The notes under the pieces are model-generated. The model was given only the letters and a program-made list of their open reading frames with translations. It was not told the DNA's origin and made no database searches. A stretch of DNA of 64,000 nt from a virus. Each line of letters begins with the position of its first letter. Positions within the stretch are counted from its first letter, which is position 1. Of this stretch, positions 58,801 through 64,000 are shown in pieces. A program made the position numbers and the translations under genes. The stretch covers positions 16,857 to 80,856 of IMG/VR virus record IMGVR_UViG_3300048672_000475, one strand, 5' to 3'.

Positions 58801-59496
58801 GTGTTAACTTTAGCCGATATCCGACGTAGGGCAAGGTCACGATTAGATGACCTTATGCCCACCTATCTGTGGTCAGACCAAGAACTCAACGACTACATCA
58901 ACGACGCGCTACGGGACGCCTGTATTCGGGCTAACCTAACCGTGGCTGATGACGTAGCGATACCCTTTACCCAAAAAGCAGATTTATCCTGGAACGCAAA
59001 ATATGCGTTACCCAGCGGGTACCTGGATGTGCAGTCCGTATATCTGGCCTCCCGGCCTACGACTACGTTGACCCGCACCAGTATTCGTCGTAGGGAGCAG
59101 TACTACGGAGGGCGGTCAAACTATACCAGCCGTCCTTATGCGTACGCGCTGGATAAAACGAAACCGGGTACCGGCGATGACGAAGGTATACAGGTTCGTA
59201 CGATTACTTTTATCGGCACGCCAAAAGCGGCTGATACAGCCTATCTTGATGTGGTTAGGCTACCCGTATTACTAGAATCAGATTCTGATGTTCCTGAAAT
59301 CGACGAGATATGGCACCCGGATTTAGTATTCGGAGTCACCGGATTAGCTTTTCTAAAACGTGACGCCGATACGTTCGACCCTAAAAAATCCGAGCGTGAT
59401 ATGGCGATATTCGAGGAAAAATTCGGACCCAGATTGCCCGCAGTTGTATTGAGGGAGCGGCAAACAGAAGTGCCTTACGAAATGTATGTGGGGTAG
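58801..59496 (+). CDS. head-tail adaptor / tail tubular A-like protein
   Basis: LWSDQELNDYINDA, PEI...H..L, D.DTFDP...FE..FG. Confidence 0.65.
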   Translation: MLTLADIRRRARSRLDDLMPTYLWSDQELNDYINDALRDACIRANLTVADDVAIPFTQKADLSWNAKYALPSGYLDVQSVYLASRPTTTLTRTSIRRREQYYGGRSNYTSRPYAYALDKTKPGTGDDEGIQVRTITFIGTPKAADTAYLDVVRLPVLLESDSDVPEIDEIWHPDLVFGVTGLAFLKRDADTFDPKKSERDMAIFEEKFGPRLPAVVLRERQTEVPYEMYVG

Positions 59497-59668
59497 GTAT
59501 GGCGGATATATTTGAACAGTGTTCAACAAGCTTCTGTAGGCAGGCGCACAGTTGCGCAAAAAAGGCCGAACCTGACTCTTTAAATATACGGGTGCAAAAA
59601 TGGTATCCGGAAACTATTCGAGGCCGTTTTCATTGCGTCGGATACGAAAAGATTTATGGGCACCGCAG

Positions 59669-60766
59669 ATGATAATTTCTAAGTTTAAAGGTATCCAGAA
59701 TACCTCATCAAACAGAGATATCGACGACGAGGCGCTACAAGATGCTGTTAACGTGGATATCACGAACGATGGCGGTATCGTTGCGCGTGAAGACACTGCG
59801 CTAATACTTAGTCTGCCAGTAACAACGGCCTACAGTACGTTCGGCGATACCTGTTACATCGTGTCAGGGGGGCGACTCCTTAGGGTTGACCCCGGATTAT
59901 CTACCGCTGACTTGGCCGCTTCAACGGCTACGGCGTTCGCCGACTACCAAGAGGTTCTGTTCACGAACGACGGACTTAAGGTACATGGCGGGCAGGTTGT
60001 CGATCTGAAGGTTCCAGTACCGTCACAGCCCGAAATCGTCATTACAGGCGGATCGTGGCCAGCCGGGCAGTACAGCATCATCACTACGTACACCAGCGTC
60101 GATGGTCTTGAGGGCGGAACGTCTCCCGTTGTTGTCGTCCGACTCGATGCCCCCGGCGCGATATTGATTACCCCTGCACCGCTCGACGGCTTCACGGCGA
60201 ACGTCTACATCACAGACCCTGACGGCGACGTGTTCTTCAACATGGCGACAGGGTACCGATTGGTGCCGGCGCAGTTGAACGCGAATCCGTTTCCAGAGCG
60301 GGCTAACAAGATTGAATACCACGAGTCCCGTTTGTACGTGACCGAGGACCATCCCGACCATACCGTTGTGTACTACAGCGATCCGTTACTGTTCCACCTG
60401 TATGGCGTCGACGACGCTTACTTCGTGATACCCGGACGCATCCTGGATATGCGCAGTACCCCGCAGGGGCTAGTGATTGGGACTTTGACTGGCATCTACG
60501 TGTACGAGTCCGAGGGCTTAGCGCTAGTCGCTGAGTACGGGGTTATCCCTGGACGGTCGATGGTACGGTTGCCGGATAGGTCACTTCTGATTCACACGGT
60601 TCGCGGGGTAGCGAAAGCACTTCCGTTCCAGGAGCTCACCGGCAGTCAGGTTTCCCTGCCAATGGGCGAGAACTGCAACACCCAGATCGTTTACTCGAAT
60701 GGGGTTATGAAATACGTGGCTACCCATGACGGGCTAGGCACAGCCTACAACAAGTTCACTAACTAA
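59669..60766 (+). CDS. tail nozzle/stabilisation-like protein
   Basis: FKGIQN...LQDAVNVDI...G; beta-propeller-like composition. Confidence 0.6.
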   Translation: MIISKFKGIQNTSSNRDIDDEALQDAVNVDITNDGGIVAREDTALILSLPVTTAYSTFGDTCYIVSGGRLLRVDPGLSTADLAASTATAFADYQEVLFTNDGLKVHGGQVVDLKVPVPSQPEIVITGGSWPAGQYSIITTYTSVDGLEGGTSPVVVVRLDAPGAILITPAPLDGFTANVYITDPDGDVFFNMATGYRLVPAQLNANPFPERANKIEYHESRLYVTEDHPDHTVVYYSDPLLFHLYGVDDAYFVIPGRILDMRSTPQGLVIGTLTGIYVYESEGLALVAEYGVIPGRSMVRLPDRSLLIHTVRGVAKALPFQELTGSQVSLPMGENCNTQIVYSNGVMKYVATHDGLGTAYNKFTN

Positions 60767-60776
60767 GGAGGCCGAG

Positions 60777-62584
60777 ATGGCTTACAGATTTTCAACCGGG
60801 CAATTCAACAGCCTTCTGGCCACCATGAAGACGGATCTGGCAAACGGGGTCATCAAGTTTTATACAGGGTCGCAACCAGCGTCACCTGACGACGCGCCGA
60901 CTGGAACCTACATGGGCATGGTTACGCTATCGGCGGGCGCCTGGACGGCAGGCACCGTGACCAATGGTCTGGAGTTTGATGCTCCTGTGCTGGCGTCTAT
61001 GAACAAGGCCGCTGCCGAGGAATGGAAATTCAAGACTGTCGCCATTGGGACTATTGGATGGGGCCGATTTGTCAGTAACTCTGCATCAGACACTGGGCAG
61101 TCGTCAACCTCACTGGTTCGTCATGACTTCAGTGTTGGCGTAACATCCGGCGATTGTAAGTTGGAGAAAGTTACTTTTACCGCTATCGATCAAACTGCGG
61201 TGATCTCTGACTACACCATTCCGCTAGCCAATATTTCTTAAGGAGTAGCGCATGCCTGTCGGTAGAGTTACAAAATACAACCAGTTGGAGTCCGTGATAT
61301 TCGGCACCGCTGGAAGGCAGTGGGACGATTCTGCGACGGGTAGCTGCATGTTCGTGCTCGCGAAGAGCACCTACACTCCGTCGACAGCGCACACAACCTT
61401 GGCGAATGTTGGGTCGGCGGGTGTGGACTACATTACTACCGGGGACGGCTCGCCTATCGCCCTGGCGACGCCCACTATCGATAAGACCACGACGTTAGGC
61501 ACTACGTACTTCAGGAGTGCCGACGCTGATTTTGGATCAGCCGTCACTATCGCGGCTAAGTACCTGCTGTGCGTGCAGCCCGTGGACGCGAACATTATAG
61601 CCACTACGGCCAAATTGATATTTTACGTCGACCTCAACACTATCGATACCGGGAGTTCAGCGAGCTCTAGTGCGGATGTGTTCAAGGTCAATACCCCATC
61701 ACTAGGATGGTTCCGTACGGGGCCTGGAGCATAACATGGCTATTACTTCTTTAGATGGCGCGATTGCCGGGGCGCAATGGCCCCGATTCATTACCAAAGC
61801 GACCGCATCGGTGATCCTTACCGCCGGTAAACCGTTCTCGCTATGGACTGCGGCGGGTAGTCCTGGAGCCGGGGCGGTCGATACCGCGACATCGGGCGGT
61901 GTTGCGCTATCTAGTACATCAGCGGAGGTCAACGGACAAATACCGTTTACCGATCCCGTCAGTGGCAATTCTTATCTGTCACGATTCCAGGGTTTAGCGC
62001 CACAAAGCGGCGTGTTAGTGCTGGCTGACAGACTATGGCAATGCGGTTATCAGACCTCTACCAACGGCGTCATCTCTGCTACTGTAACGACGGCACAGGT
62101 TATCAACTCAACTGCGTTTCCGGCGCGGGATAATAACGCATCGGTTAATGGCGAAGGCGTTCTGATTGGTGTAGAGATTAACGTAGCCACAACGACTAAC
62201 GCCCCTACGCTAACCATGTCATACACCAACTCAGCAGCTACTGCCGGCAGAACAGCGACTAATGCGGTTAGCACTATCGCGGCTAACCCAATCGGGAGTT
62301 TCTACCCTATGGGACTGCAGGCCGGTGATAAAGGGGTCAAGTCGGTTGAGTCCATAACAGTCGGCACAACCTGGGCGGCGGGGTCGCTCAATTTGGTTGC
62401 GTACCGCCCGATAGTAGCACTGGAACTTGTAGGCGCTTACGTCCCCACCGCAGTTGATGCCATTACTAGCGGATTCCCTCGCTTATTTAACGGCACGGTG
62501 CCATTCCTGATTTTCTACCCATCCACTACTACTGCGGCGGGCGTGTCAAACTTTGCTGGCCAAGTAGTCTGGACTCAGGGGTAA
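60777..62584 (+). CDS. three virion structural genes (60777-61241, 61252-61734, 61736-62584)
   Basis: T/S/A/G-rich; I.FYTGSQPA..D motif in the first. Confidence 0.65.
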
Positions 62585-62587
62585 GCG

Positions 62588-63808
62588 ATGGCGATTAACG
62601 GACAGTTACGCTATTTTAATGCACTGCTTTCACGGCAGACGATTAAGCATGGCCTACTGCCGTTAGTACAGTCCACGTTCTCAGGGGACGTAAACCCCGC
62701 CGAATCGGATATGTTCAACAAAGCGTTTTGGGGCAATTACACGCCCCTTCCGCTGGACATGGCATTCTACGGCGGCGATCCGATCTTCCGTCAAAAATTT
62801 GACAAGGCCGCTACGCTACTGGATCTGCAGCTCATCGGCGGCGATCCTGTATTGGAGAGCACGCCCTACGGTACGGTTACCGCTGGTAGTTTTGCGGTAG
62901 CAGACCCTATCATACTAGGCGCTCCGGTAAATACCGGCGTGGTTACAGCGGGGTCGTTCAGGGTTGATGCGTCTATTTTCGGCGGCGGTATCGTCACCGG
63001 AGGTATGTTCGCTGCCGATGTAGTGATCACAGGTACTGCGGCGTTTTATGGCAGCGTAACTGCGCGGGGATTCAGGGCAGAGCCGAATATCGTCTCAACC
63101 GGGTCGTATACCGGCGTGGTCTTGGGACGCGGCTTCAAAGTAGACGCCAGTATTCTAGGCGGCGGGTCGGTCACTGCCCGTTCGTTCAAAGTTACGCCGG
63201 TAATAATCGGGACGGCACCCCCATTAGGGGTAATACAAGGTAGCGGCTTCGCTACTGCGGTACGTATATCCGCTACAGTTCCGGTGTTCGGCACGGTCAC
63301 AGGCGGGTCGTTCCTTGCAGGACTAGCCTACGGTCGAATCACTGCCCGTGGTTTCGCTGTTGAGCCGAGGATATCCTCCACGTTTAACGCTGCGTACGCT
63401 GAAGCCTACGTGATGAATGTACTGACTAACGAGGTCAGCCGGTACGATACGTTCCCGTTCATGCACGTCGCCCGTATCGGTGGAGTGAACTATTGCATCG
63501 GGGCCGACGGGTTCTATAGCCTGTCAGGGCAGGTTACTACTGGGTCGATCACTACCAAAGAAACCGACTTCGGCGACTTCCACAGTAAGAATGTACCGTT
63601 CATTTATACGGATACGGACGAAGTTTTCGATATAACTACCATCGTTGATGGGGCTGAAGCCCACACTTACACCGCGCAATTCGGCGGTCGCAAGCAGAAG
63701 CTGGGCCGTGGAAATAAAGGCCGTTACTGGGCATTTCGTCTGGACGGGATTACGAAACTACAAGGGCTTGAATACCTGCCCGAAGTCATCACCCGGAGGG
63801 TTAAATAA
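62588..63808 (+). CDS. virion/tail protein with Gly-rich ~20-aa repeats
   Basis: G.VT.(R/G)(G/S)F...(P/A).I repeats; C-terminal VMN.....SRY..FPF domain. Confidence 0.65.
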   Translation: MAINGQLRYFNALLSRQTIKHGLLPLVQSTFSGDVNPAESDMFNKAFWGNYTPLPLDMAFYGGDPIFRQKFDKAATLLDLQLIGGDPVLESTPYGTVTAGSFAVADPIILGAPVNTGVVTAGSFRVDASIFGGGIVTGGMFAADVVITGTAAFYGSVTARGFRAEPNIVSTGSYTGVVLGRGFKVDASILGGGSVTARSFKVTPVIIGTAPPLGVIQGSGFATAVRISATVPVFGTVTGGSFLAGLAYGRITARGFAVEPRISSTFNAAYAEAYVMNVLTNEVSRYDTFPFMHVARIGGVNYCIGADGFYSLSGQVTTGSITTKETDFGDFHSKNVPFIYTDTDEVFDITTIVDGAEAHTYTAQFGGRKQKLGRGNKGRYWAFRLDGITKLQGLEYLPEVITRRVK

Positions 63809-64000
63809 TGGCCGTTGCAGAAGCCGTCATCAATGCCGCAGTCGATAGGGCCGCGTATTTCTCAGGGCAGGCGGGCACTGCCACTGCGGCTATCGCCCGT
63901 GCGACCCGTAGTATCTTCATCTCCCCGACCTACCTGGAGATACCGCAGACCAACCTGAACGCTGTACTGGAGCGCCCCGACAAGGACAACACGCCTATGC
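63808..64000 (+). CDS. partial CDS running off the right edge
   Basis: TAATG coupling, GGAGG RBS, open frame MAVAEAVINAA... Confidence 0.6.
   Translation, partial: MAVAEAVINAAVDRAAYFSGQAGTATAAIARATRSIFISPTYLEIPQTNLNAVLERPDKDNTPM

Noticed and set aside
1-64000. Prophage or lysogeny module and host assignment
   Set aside because: No integrase, att site, clear CI repressor or host genes are visible; lifestyle and host cannot be determined beyond Gram-negative with sigma70-type promoters

Overview
The whole window is tailed dsDNA bacteriophage sequence (Caudoviricetes). It looks podovirus-like because it has a long portal, scaffold, capsid and adaptor/nozzle-like genes but no tape measure or integrase in the window. 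Layout: (1) 1-12.3 kb, minus strand: replication and nucleotide metabolism (DNA MTase, VRR-NUC, DHFR, ThyA, family-A DNA polymerase, SSB, DUF2800 nuclease). (2) 12.4-16.2 kb, plus strand: Cro-like regulator, primase-helicase, MazG-like gene. (3) 16.2-32.4 kb, minus strand: dozens of small early/accessory genes, an intact IS200/IS605 element (tnpA+tnpB), TraR and a ClpX-like ATPase. (4) 32.4-34.6 kb: divergent, mostly non-coding control region with an origin-like iteron array and tandem repeats. (5) 34.6-64 kb, plus strand: Rha, lysis cassette, fibre/decoration module, terminases interrupted by Tad2-like, LigA and homing-endonuclease genes, then portal, head and tail genes. Top observations: (a) a candidate phage sRNA at about 36.83-36.97 kb whose hairpin loop UUCCUCCAGUU is antisense to the extended ribosome-binding motif AACTGGAG found before about 24 phage genes, suggesting a global translational switch; (b) the DNA polymerase A gene is fractured by a split intein with a free-standing GIY-YIG nuclease between the halves; (c) a 120-nt tRNA-like RNA whose anticodon loop is replaced by a two-hairpin insert; (d) seven unrelated proteins end in -DLL and two more in -DLI/-DLV, encoded by different codons; (e) early genes are bounded by recurrent TAACCCGACC and CCGAAGAGG motifs. 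All family assignments come from motif recognition by eye; no database searches or folding programs were run.
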